A stretch of DNA of 64,000 nucleotides, taken from contig OZ316895.1 of the NCBI GenBank assembly GCA_973895155.1, positions 21,588,558 through 21,652,557 on the forward strand, written 5' to 3'. Made by a program: the position numbers and the translations under genes. The notes under the pieces are model-generated. The model was given only the letters and a program-made list of their open reading frames with translations, had not been told where the DNA came from and searched no databases. Position 1 is the first letter of the stretch. Each line of letters starts with the position of its first letter. Source of the stretch: Marsupella aquatica. Lineage: Eukaryota; Plantae; Marchantiophyta. This document shows positions 14,217-25,095 of this stretch, one piece after another.

Positions 14217-14425
14217 TCTAACGGACAAATTAATCCAGAAAAATTAGATGAGAAAATTCTTTTAGCATCCTCGCAAGAGGGGACATTCATCACCCTGGCG
14301 AAAAACAAAATTACCTTATAATTCTAACGGACAAATTAATCTTAGAAAAATTAGATGAGAAAATTCTTAGCATCCTCGCAAGAGGGGACAATCTGCACCC
14401 TGGCGGAAAACAAAATTACCTTGTA
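14217..14425. repeat. Direct tandem duplication, 2 x ~105 bp
   Basis: CTAACGGACAAATTAATC..AGAAAAATTAGATGAGAAAATTC..AGCATCCTCGCAAGAGGGGACA..CACCCTGGCG.AAAACAAAATTACCTT occurs twice in a row. Confidence 0.9.
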
Positions 14426-14719
14426 AATTACGGTGATACACATCAGACTAGAGCAGTAAGTTCTCGGCGATATCGCCCCGGTGACAAGGCCGGACTGTGT
14501 TTCCCGGCGTCGTCTGCAAAGAGGACGGGGGGCAGGGCCAGCAATCCCGGCGATGATTCCCGCGGCGTCTGGACGGCGCACGAGACGTCTCGGTGGGTGC
14601 TCCAAAGGGCGGACGTCGTGCACGGCGCTGCCAGCGCGTTGCCTTTGCAATCACCGTTCGACGGCTCAGGGTTCAAGCGACAAGGGCTCACCGGAGCAAA
14701 GGCCGGGGCGACAATTTTG

Positions 14720-14810
14720 TTTGGAGCGTCAGAAAATAATATGAGGTCACTTTGGAGCGTCAGAAAATAATATAAGGTTACTTTGAAGCGTCAGAAAATA
14801 ATATAAGGTC
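14720..14810. repeat. Minisatellite, 3 x ~31 bp
   Basis: TTGGAGCGTCAGAAAATAATATRAGGTYACT repeated three times. Confidence 0.9.
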
Positions 14811-15529
14811 GAGGAAGGAACGAAGGGGGGTGACTGGGTTTTGTGGGTTCCGCGCTATCCTAAACTTCGTGAAGTACGCCCAATGTCGCCTTGACCCTCT
14901 CTCCAGATATTAGGTACAGAGGAAGTACGGCGACACGGTGGAGTGAAAGAAACTGAAGATAGGAAAAGACTGTACTCTGTAGGCTGTAGAGATAAGAAGG
15001 GGGGGAATCTCATTTTCTAAACAAAAAAAGTTTGTCAGGTGCGTTTAGGGCCTTGCATTGCCTATGTACTTTTCCCCGCTAATGAAAGGGCTTTATTCAT
15101 TCTAAAAAACCAATAGAATCAGTCAATCAGAAAACAGAAGGCAACAAAAATGACCGACTAAAGGGCAGTGGAATAGTCAGGATACTGACCATTTTTGTTT
15201 TATCCTTTTTTAGAGACTAAGATTACTCCCCGATTCTGATCATTATTATTTTATCTTTTTTGGATTCTAAGATCACGGTTGTCCTGATACTTATCATTTT
15301 TATTTATCTTTTCTGGGTACCAACATACCTGATCATTTAAAAATATCTTTGACGGATTCCCACACTGGTCCGATACTGATCATTTAAAAAATAAAAAATT
15401 GGATACTAATATTATTATATGAGTCGGCACTGATCATTCTTATCTTGTATTTTCTGGATATTAGTCAGCCCCGATAGGGATAGTTGTAACACTCATTTGC
15501 TATTTTTTATACTAGATCCCATCAATAGA

Positions 15530-15792
15530 GGAGAGAACAATAAAATTGTCACCAAAATATATTTCTTATTCATATTCCTTGAATATTAATGAACTGATAA
15601 AAAAATTATCATCATTTTAATAATAATATATAATATATCATACTTTTTTTTATGTATATTCCTTGTCATATGTTATAGTGACCATGAAGCCCATTTTTTA
15701 ATGTAAATAAAAATTATGACAAAAAACATATATGTTTATTGACATAAATCATAATCATGATTTTTCTCATCCACATGATGATCCATGGAGTA
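15530..15792 (+). repeat. Copy of the AT-rich repeat family also found at 24780-25095 (-) and 49710-49960 (+)
   Basis: ACAATAAAA.TGTCACCAAAATATATT..TTATTCATATT and CACATG.TGA.CCATGGAGT are shared between the copies. Confidence 0.7.
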
Positions 15793-16290
15793 CCCTGGGA
15801 GGATGGTCTTTGAGCAGGGTTTCTGCAGGTTGCTTTGTCTTAGTATATTTTACACCTTGACAAGCTGGTTGCTTTGGGGGATGTCCATATTCTGGTATTG
15901 TGTTTTGTTTGTCATCCCTCCTATCTTCTTCGGACGGTCCTTCCCACTGCAATGTTTTTGTCCAACAGGTCCAAGCGGGTGTCTATTGCACTTCAGCAGG
16001 CACATGCCTTCACTATTCTCTTTAGGGGAGAGGCTCTTGTATTTTGGGCATCTAGCCGGATTCCATTGCTTGACCCTCCTAAGCAGTTTATGCCTCAGCG
16101 TTATTGGCAGGCTCTTCAGTTTACATCAGTTTACAGATAGCTAGGGTTTAGATTTGTGTGTTTGTGTGTTTTCTTGTGCCGGGCTCCTTCCCTAGTCTCT
16201 TGGCTTGTTGGCTTTCTTCTTGTTCTCCCTTGATTGTGTTTTTGGCCCTTGGGATCATGTGGCCCCGTTGGAGGCCTTCTGCTTTTTGGC
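15793..16290 (+). mobile_element. Degenerate 3' end of a non-LTR retroelement, possibly of the RLE (CRE-like) type
   Basis: The peptide ...KRVSIALQQAHAFTIL resembles the C-terminal 'RxSxALQRxNA' motif of RLE-bearing elements. The tail CCTCCTA.GCAGTT...CAGGCTCTTCAGTTT...TTGGGATCATGT recurs at 34795-34960. Confidence 0.4.
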
Positions 16291-17197
16291 AGTCTGAAAT
16301 AAATACCTCATCACATGTGCTATTTAGCTAAACATTTCAACTCAATGCCCCTGTCCCTCACCATTTTGCTGAGTGGACAGAAGGGCTTTATTCATTCTAA
16401 AAAACAGAAGGCAACAAAAATGACCGGCTAAACTACTAAAGGGCACTGTGGACTAAAGGGCAGATCAGGTCTGGAACAGGATGAAGGATTTTTGTAATAA
16501 TGGTGTTCATCTAGAGCCCTCACAGGCTCACAAGCTCAGAAATCATTGAGTGGAGAGTTAAAGGTTTGCACCAAAACTGACTTGCTCTGGCCAGAAAAGT
16601 TTAGGACGGCATGGAAAAGACAACTGCTGTGAGTTTCTTTTTTCCAATTCATGAATAATAGGGCGTCTCAGACCTAGGGGCCGTGACCCAAGTTACGGGA
16701 AAGCAGTTTTGGCTTTAACTCCAGTTACGACCATGTCTAATGGGTTCGGACCAAAGAGGGGGGCCTGGGTTTGATCCGTCTCGTGAGGCCCATGTTACGG
16801 GAATTGGCCCGCTCAAACCTGGACGAATTTTGCCAAAACGTCCGCAACGGCGAGGCAGAAAAAGCGTCCACGATAGCTCGCGAGGAATTCCCGGCATTTG
16901 AACTCGAAATCCTCCTAAAATTTAGTGTCGTTTTTGCAATCAACATCAATGCAGATTTGCGAGGTCCTTCGAATGGCGCCCAGGAAATTCAAACATGGAC
17001 AGGAGGCTCTGTTGGAAGATTTGATAAGAGGATGGGGCAGATTGGGTATCCCATTGCTCATTCTACCAGAAAATCTTAAACTTCAATTGCAATCTGGAGA
17101 GTCAACACCCAGAGTCGATACTTGCACTGTCGAAGTCGCTGCTCTCTCCGGAATCGATTATGTCATTGTCGGTGTAGCTACAACGAACGTCACAGAC

Positions 17198-18568
17198 ATG
17201 GCTCCCAGGAACGTTGTAGGTGCTGCTGGCACAAGTGGTGTTGGAGGTGGAGAGAAGTTCAGGCTGAAACATTCTGACTATGGATTGATTGTTGATTGGC
17301 TGGAGAACCCGGACAACTTCAACCTCATCCATGGTGGTGGAAAGACAAAAATCCAGGGGCGTCCGATGAGCAGGGCTACGATTTTTAAACAAATGCTTGT
17401 TGTCTTGCAGGCACATAACTTCCCGAGGAACATTAGCGGGCCTAATCTGAACAAACGATTTGCAAGGTATGTTGCTAAGTACAAGGAAGCTCGTGAATTG
17501 AAAATGTCAAGCGGAGGTGGTCTAACAGAGGAAGATTTTGTGGCTGGCCTGACTCTGGAGGACAAGCTCGAGAGGATGTGTCCTCATTTCGAGAGGATGC
17601 ATGCTCTCTTTGGAAGCCGGCCCAATGTGGCACCTCGAGGTACTGGAGATTTCGGGATAGACGAGGATGAATTCACTAGTCATGATCCACATGAAGATGT
17701 ATCCAACCTGCCTGATGCTGCGCCTGTTCCTCACTCGCCTACCATCATCCTCACAGGTACTATTTCTACAGAAGTTTTGCTGCTTCTTCTTGAATGAATG
17801 GATTTCATTTGATAGACTGAATTTGCCTGATTTTATGTTTGTTCTGAATTGAATGTAGAGGGACCGGCAGGTGTTGATGATGGACTGGAATTCAATTCTC
17901 CTGAATTCTGGGAGGAGGACCTCATGGACATTGGCACAGGGCATGTCCCCCATGATTCAGCTTCTAATTTCCCTGGTAGTGCTAACAGTCCACAGACCCC
18001 TGGGACTGGGCGAAATTCTCCCAACTTTGGTCCACCCAGGGACAGTGTTAGTGGTTCTTTTGGAGGTATGCCAGCACACACGGGAACACCACCTGTCACA
18101 CCTGTGGGGACTAGAGCAACTCCCAGACAACCAAATGTGGGATTGGCTAACAAGGAGAACCAACCACCTAAGAAGACACCACCAAAGAAAGTTGACGACA
18201 AGCAGCCTGCACCTCCAAAGCCCAATGTTGCACAGATCTATGCTGAGAGGCTCTTACAGAAGGCTGACTACAAGAAGGAGCTCCTCCAAACCCGGGAGAA
18301 GTGGAATATGATTGAGCTAGATGAGAAGAAGCAAGCTCGACTTTACTCATCAGCAGAAGCAGCAAAACGAGATAGGTTAATGCGGAAGCATCAACTGCAC
18401 ATGGAGAACGAAAGTGCGTCTAATGCTGAGAAGAAGGCCTGCCTTGATCGCTACCACCAGTGGCAGATGGGAAGAGCAGAGAGAAGGTCTCAGATGTTGA
18501 TTGAGTTGTCCCGAAGTAACAAGACTGATGAGCAGATTAAAGCTCTCATGGCTCTCGTTGAGGACTAG
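17198..18568 (+). CDS. Harbinger partner protein (Myb/SANT- or trihelix-like DNA-binding N-terminus, coiled-coil C-terminus). Exons 17198-17756 and 17859-18568; start may be upstream at 16973
   Basis: Two long ORFs are joined in frame by a GT-AG intron (ACA G|AG GGA). The N-terminal domain DYGLIVDWLENPDNF...LNKRFARYVAKYKEAR..SGGGLTEED..LERMCPHFERMHALFGSRPNV follows the pattern of Harbinger ORF1 proteins. The C-terminus is charged and helical. Confidence 0.8.
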
Positions 18569-18960
18569 TGTACTTGGATGTACTAGGGATATCTGTGCTT
18601 AGGCATGTAGAAGTATACCTCCAAGGATGAATCAACTTGTTTAGAACTTATGAAGCGACATTCAGAGGTTTGTTGTAGCACAGGTCAATGCAGCTTAGTG
18701 CAGGCACAGCTGACAGTGTTTAAATTATAAAACACGTTCTACACTAAAGAAAATCTGTTTGAGTGTTTCTTGTCATTCTTCTCCAAACATAACATGCTCA
18801 AGCAAAATTTTCTTGAATGTCTTAAACCGAACACTTTACTAAAATTTTGACATGTAACAATTAAGAATTTGCATGCATCACAAGCAGGAGTATGAAAAAC
18901 AATTCCACTTTCATTACACACTAACTTCAAATGTTATAATTCATGACCCACTCTAAAATC

Positions 18961-20468
18961 CTATGTTGCAACAGGCCACAGACATCCCCCTGGCTGCCTG
19001 TGAAATGCTAAGGCAGTTGCCATGACAGCCTGCAAGCGAGAACTGGGATTTGCAACTGGACGTCTACGATTTGGCCTCTGTTGTTCAGGACCTTCCTCCT
19101 CCAAAGGCTCGGACCCTTCAAGGATTATTTCTTCATCCTCCTCACTCCAGAGATCATTCCTGCTAAGCACATAGTTGTGCAATCGTGCACAAATTCCTAT
19201 CCACCTAACCATCCACAAGTGTTCCTTGGTGGTTTTCAATTGAATTCTAATTTCTTTCAGAGAGAACCAACGACTTTTTAAAACACCTATGCAATGCTCA
19301 TTTGTAACTCTAGCTTTTGCCACACAGAAGTTGAAGTCCTCCTTGTCCACGGACGTATCGTATTTCTTGAAGGCTGCAACAAAATACTCAGACGCCTGAT
19401 ATCCAGAATCACCCAACAAGTATTGCCCCTCCTCAAACAAGTCCTGACCATTCTCGCTGCATCTTCTCCACAACTTGCTCCGTTTCAAGCAAGTGAGATC
19501 AGACACTGATCCAGGCATTCCTGCTCACCAACAACACCAAGTGAGTAGAGTGACAAAGCTTGGCCACTTAACTAAATAGCAAATTTTGACTATATATGCT
19601 GCTAGTGATAAGAAAGGGGTAGTGTCCATACCAGTATAGAGGTACAAGATCTTGCGCCTTTCATCACAAACTACTTGAGCATTGATCGAGTATCGACACT
19701 TTCTATCAAAGTAACACTCTCCTGAATCCTTTGGGCGTTGGGAGAGTGGGATAAGTGTGCCATCGATGAGGCCAACACACCCAGGAAACCCTTTCTCTGC
19801 AAATTCATCTGAAATCCGAGCTCGTTCCTGTTTGTCTGGCCACTGCAAATGCACAACCAAAGCGTCCTCCAAAGCCTTGAAACATCGTACAGTGAAATTG
19901 CACAATGACCCATTACTGACACCCCAAGTGGGAATCATATGATTCAAGCAGGCCCCATTTCCATCATGGCCAAGCCTGTCCAAGGTGACTGCCAACTGCA
20001 AGCAAACTGGAGCCTGCTCATAAGGAGAATCATTTATAAAAACCGGATGGGATTCAATCATATTCACCAGCGTAAAGAAAGAGTCCTTGTCCATGCGCGT
20101 CATTTGCCTGAACAGCTTAGGTGGGAGGTTTTCAAAAAAATTCTCAGCAAAGTCCCTAGACTTAATAGTCATAGGCTTATCCACAAAATACCGAGTATTA
20201 TCCATGACAAAATACAATTCCATGATTTCAGTAGGCTTTGGCATAAAATCAAATGGTCACCTCCAACCTCAATGTCACAGGAGGTTTCATATTCCTGGTC
20301 TGATTTACTGACAGTATCTTGTGCATCACTAAACAGGTCCAATGTTGAGGAGTTTGAGTCACTGCTGAACTCGACACTCTCACTACTTGAGCTGTCCATG
20401 AGAATGGACATGTACAGTTGCTCCTTCACTTCCCTCAACACCCTTTGTCTGTCTGAAACACGTGGCAT
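18961..20468 (-). CDS. PIF/Harbinger DDE transposase (HARBI1/DDE_Tnp_4 family). Intron 19521-19631; one apparent 1-bp frameshift near 20252
   Basis: Motifs FRQMTRMDKDSF (HTH), GFPGCVGLIDGT (D1), RKCRYSINAQVVCD, YTG|MPGSVSD, YLLGDSGY (D2), FNFCVAKARVTNEHCIGVLKSRW (E) and ICARLHNY. The N-terminus MPRVSDRQ (20468) is in a different frame from MPKPTEI (20244). Confidence 0.93.
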
Positions 20469-20669
20469 GGTGAACCCTAGATTCGCAATAAACATGAAGT
20501 AGTGAGCAAAAAGATCAATGCAAGTGTACCCAATAATCCAGTCCAAAGAGACACCAACATGTCATAATATTTTGCTTTCAGGCATACAATTGTTGCAAAT
20601 GAAGACATCACTTGTACTCAATAACGTAAATCTCTGCACCAAGGTAATGCTTCTAATTCACGAACATAA

Positions 20670-21362
20670 TTACTGGACGTCATCTAAGTTCAATTCTTCC
20701 TGCAGCCTTCTAAGAAGTTTTGCGATGGCTTTTCCAGACACAGTCGGCCTATCTATTGGGCTGATATCGGGAATTGAGGGCCTCAAAGTATTATCAACAG
20801 TAGGACTGGATTGCTGAGCATGTTTAGCATATTCACCTGGTGTGCGACTCCGACCTAAGTGCAAAGAGAGGGGCTTAGGCACTCGGGGTGAGCCCTCCAC
20901 AAAGCTAATCCTCTTCACATGGATTTCATGATCAGAAATTTTGAAGATAACTTCAACCACAGGTGTGACTTGAGTCAATGACAGAACGTAGGCAATCTGC
21001 TCAGATTCTGAACAGCTTGGAAACTCACATGGAGAGCAATCCAAGACAGTCTCAGCTGCATCCCATATTTTAGCACGGATGGGCGGAACCCCTCCATAGA
21101 CAGCATCAAAGAAAATAAGATGAAATCTGAATTTAGGTTTTCCAGACAACGAGGAATGCTGACAGTTGTGACCGAACTCTAATGACTTCCCACATAGACG
21201 TCCTGTTGGCATTAGTGCTGGACATGACATGTACATGAATTTTCGAGGATAAGGATTTTCAGCAACAAAGTTTGCAATGTAGGCTAGTGTAGGCACTTGA
21301 GCAATCGTATGTCCATTCACTCTGTAATCTTCAACTTGAGCTAACGATGTGTACAACACCAT
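20670..21362 (-). CDS. ~230-aa protein resembling the RPA70 C-terminal (DBD-C) zinc-ribbon OB fold, located inside the Harbinger
   Basis: Uninterrupted ORF: FMYMSCP..CGKSL..CQH..KPKFRFHLIFFD..IRAKIWDAAETVLDCSPCEF..VEVIFKI..IHVKRI. This parallels the RPA70C pattern Y.ACP..C.KKV..C..C..P..RY.L...D..W...FD.AE..LG..A.E. A plausible 5'UTR intron lies at 21388-21490 (GTGAGT..TTGCAG). Confidence 0.7.
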   Translation of the reverse strand: MVLYTSLAQVEDYRVNGHTIAQVPTLAYIANFVAENPYPRKFMYMSCPALMPTGRLCGKSLEFGHNCQHSSLSGKPKFRFHLIFFDAVYGGVPPIRAKIWDAAETVLDCSPCEFPSCSESEQIAYVLSLTQVTPVVEVIFKISDHEIHVKRISFVEGSPRVPKPLSLHLGRSRTPGEYAKHAQQSSPTVDNTLRPSIPDISPIDRPTVSGKAIAKLLRRLQEELNLDDVQ

Positions 21363-21658
21363 TGCACTCAAAAATAAATCCTCTGCCCTGCAAAACTACG
21401 AAAATAATAATCACATGAATTTGTTCGTCTGATTCTCATATCACAAACAGTGTAAACCGAAGGGCACCAGAATGATGGACGGTAACTCACTTAATTTTTC
21501 ACCCTGCTTCAAGCTTCAAATGCAACCTCAAGCTCAATCCCCAGCTCAATCTCCTCAATCGTCTCTGCACTGACGCCCTCTTCAGTCCTATATGCCCATT
21601 CCAATCTCCCGGGTCAAACTGAGTGTGGGCGCAAAAGAACTTCAGCAACTCTGTTGCA

Positions 21659-21742
21659 GCGACGTCCACCTCTCCAACAAAGCGACGTCCACCTCTGTTG
21701 CAAACAGCTGCTGCGACGCCGACGTCCACCTCTCCAACAAAG
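21659..21742. repeat. Short internal repeats near the Harbinger right end
   Basis: CGACGTCCACCTCT(CCAACAAAGC) occurs three times. Confidence 0.85.
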
Positions 21743-23239
21743 CTTTACCGGCAGTGACTTTCGACAATGCTCGAAGAAAACCAGCGCCGAATGAAAGCGA
21801 GATATGGTGGAGAGGGCCGGGTTCAAAATAGTAGTGTCGGGAGCGGTGTCCCGCAAAAACAGGGAAAGACTACTATTCCCTGTTGCGGGAACGGGCAACG
21901 GCCAATTTCCGCGGCCAAATGTTAACGACGATGTTTTAGGTGTACCATTTGAGTTACGGGAATGTCTTTAACTGCAGGGTTAACGACGATCGTTAAGTCT
22001 GCTTTTCCTAGGTCTGAGACGCCCTAATGAGTAACAGACAAAGTGGTGGTGCAGGGAATGTCCAGAAAAAGCTATTCACTCACTACCAATTTGTCATTAT
22101 AGCATGTTCACTGTGGAACATGCTTCATTTTTTGTCTGTGATGATGTGTAACTTGATGTGATTTGTCATTTACTCACTCATTCATGGATTACTCAATCTG
22201 TTTGCGATGCAACTTAGCTCAGAGCACATGCAATATTGCCCCATGACTGATTGTTCTTCCTGTGCCGTTGTCATTACTTGTGCCCATTGGAAGCGTTGAA
22301 GTGTCAAGAGTTGAGGATGGCATGATTGGGCCAAATGATGGCAAACAAGAATAGTATTTTCTTTTATTAATTTTGAGGGAGGCATCTGATCAATTTATTA
22401 TATGGAAGTAAGGGTTCACAATTCAAAAATAACAGATGTCATTATGTGATTGGTTTAGTTTGAAAAACCAGAACTGTCCCACCCCATGTTGGGTGCCTAC
22501 AATTAGTGATCCCCTGAGATGGCACGCACTTATGTGCCACTGGCATCTCTAGGCAACAAAGAAGTCGGGGACAAAAGTTTAGGAGAGTGATTTGCTCAAT
22601 TGTGTATTACTTTTCACCTCACACCTACAAAGAATTTTTAGCATGCTGTTGACGTAGAGAATTAATCCATGGACCCCCATGTTCATCCAAGGAATGTGTG
22701 TTTAATGAAGTGAAATCAATTTTTAACAAGGCGGTAATTGACGGTTTTGAGTCTCCTTATGGTCTTGGTGTGTGCTCGTACGAAAGAAAACGCTCAAAAG
22801 ATAGAGGAGATTTATCAACGGAAGGTTGAATATGGAGGATTTGAGTTTTTTGACGGTTTTTGCTTACACATTGGAGAAATCGTGTTTCTATCATTCATGA
22901 TTGATCGTTTGTGAGTTACATGCATTGAGCATTACTACCACAAGACAGACTGGAGGAAAACACTTAGCTATTGGCAAAAGAGCGTTTGTCGATTTGGTGG
23001 GAAGAACACACAAAATGAACGAGTCATCGCTTCACATGAAGGATTTGTAGTTTTTTATTTAAGAAAGCTATGGTGTGAGAGGGAGACCAACAATTGTTTT
23101 TTTGACATAGAGGTTGCATTTGGCATCAACCTGTGTTCAGAGTGAGCTTCAGTTGAAGACTAGAGGAATGCGAACAATTCAAGCCCGGAAGCAAGCATTG
23201 TGGACAAGGGATGACAACGTAATCAAAGAAATCAATTTT

Positions 23240-23795
23240 CAACGGCTAAGTTTGTGACGGTGATGAGATTGTGATATTTCTTAATTGAGAAAGGGTTTCC
23301 AATGAGCCTCAGATTGACAAATTTTGTCAAGTTCCAAATGAGTTTTTGAATTTCTTTGTCTTTCCAATGAGTGTGAGTATAAGAAATATTAATCATGAGT
23401 CCATGAATTCTTTTAGATTTCCAACATTGAAGATTTCCAACATTGAGTCCGACATTGACAAATTTTACGTCAGATTTTGTCACGATGCTAAAGAGATCAT
23501 GAGGTTTTCAATCTCTCTAGCTTTCTAATGTGTGACATTGAAATTATTCGTCAAAAATTAGGGAGATCGTGAGTATCTGAATTTCTCTAGCTTTCCAATG
23601 AACCTAACATTGATAGATTTTGTCAAGTACTAAGGAGATGATGAGTTTTTAATTTTACTTTAGCTTTCCAATGAGTGTGACATTGAGAGATTTTATCAAG
23701 ACAATACTAAAGAGGTCACGAGTTTCTAAATCTTGATCTTGAGTTTTCCAATGAATCAAACATTGACAGATTTTATCAAGTACTAAGGAGATTGA
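23240..23795. repeat. Degenerate tandem array, ~58-60-bp unit, about 9 copies
   Basis: Recurring TTTCCAATGA.....ACATTGA.A.ATTTT.TCAAG...AGAGAT.ATGAGTTT. Confidence 0.75.
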
Positions 23796-24739
23796 TTATT
23801 TAGTTTTACAATGTGAAGCCAAAGGGGTTTTAACTATGTACATTTCTATTGGTTGGTTTTTTCAAGCTTGCAAACAATTAAAAAATACAATCATTTTGAT
23901 ATAAAGCACTGATATATCTTTGACAAACATCAAAATGGTAACTTTATTTTACTAAATGACATATCTCCCTTTGTATTTTGGTTTTTCTTACTTTCAATAT
24001 TTACGGCATGACGCCCCAAAAATTATGTTATTTTTGCCACAAACAGGAATGTGCACATTTGTTATTGTTAAAAGTAGGATCATTCCTGTTTGTGGCTGGT
24101 TGTGGTGATGTGGCGCAACCTCGTGGCAGGGAATTTGCAAGAGACCTCTCATGGGGGTCCGTAACTACTGTTTTTGTTTGGAAATTTTGGCGCAGCCCAG
24201 GATATGTAGAGAATCACTTATTGAGTGCAAAATGTAATCTATGCCTTATCGGTTCCGCTATCTTCAGCTTCGTGAAGTACGCCCATCTAGTCTTGACACT
24301 TTCTCCAGATATTATGAACAGAGGAAGTACTGCAACAGGGTAGAGTAAGATCAAGAAAAGCAGGAAATTCAGATAAAGATTAGATAAAGAAGTGGGGAAC
24401 CTCATTGTCTAAACCAAAGTGATCCCACCATTGCTGAACCTTGATATTAAATCTTAAATCAATGTACCCAAAACCTCCTGGGTCCCAAGTAACACTTTTC
24501 ATTTTGGGTCCTTCAAACAAATAAGTCCCAATAGTCAATGTTTTGTTTCTTTGTTTTGGTTAAGGCCTTGATTCCCAAGGAGAGAGCAAAATTTAGTTCA
24601 AAGCACGCCAGAAATATTTAGGTTTTACATCTCTTCCCAACCAAGAAACGAGACCAATGCCAGGGTGGTAGTGGTGGTAGCCATTATTTACTACAGGGCA
24701 GCATGACAGAACTCAATATTAAAAAACAGTTATCTCATA

Positions 24740-25095
24740 GTATTGGAGAACATTAATATTTCATCTTATTTATAAGAGTCAACTACAAGCTAGAGTTGGG
24801 GCCTAGGCTACTAGAGTGAAGCCTCTAGGCGGTAACTCCATGGCTCATCATGTGTACGGGAAACACATGACTATGACGTATGTCAAACTATAAACATGCA
24901 TGCTTTTTGTCCTGGTTTTTATTTACATTAAAAAATGCGCTCTATGGCCCCACCATAACATATGTGCAAAGAAAGAGGGATGTGCATAGAAAAGAATATT
25001 ATATCTTATGTACGATTATTAAAATGATAATATTTATCATTTCATTAACCTTACTATGAATAAATAATATATTTTGGGGACATTTTTGTTGTATT
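24740..25095 (-). repeat. Inverted copy of the AT-rich repeat family
   Basis: GGTAACTCCATGGCTCATCATGTG and AATATATTTTGGGGACATTTTTGTTGT are reverse complements of sequence at 49716-49956. Confidence 0.7.

Larger units (their letters stand above)
16660..22025. mobile_element. Complete PIF/Harbinger DNA transposon (~5.37 kb) with three genes
   Basis: Perfect 19-bp TIRs AGGGCGTCTCAGACCTAGG (16660-16678) and CCTAGGTCTGAGACGCCCT (22007-22025). Flanked by 3-bp AAT on both sides (16657-16659, 22026-22028). Encodes a HARBI1-type DDE transposase and a convergent partner ORF. Confidence 0.95.
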
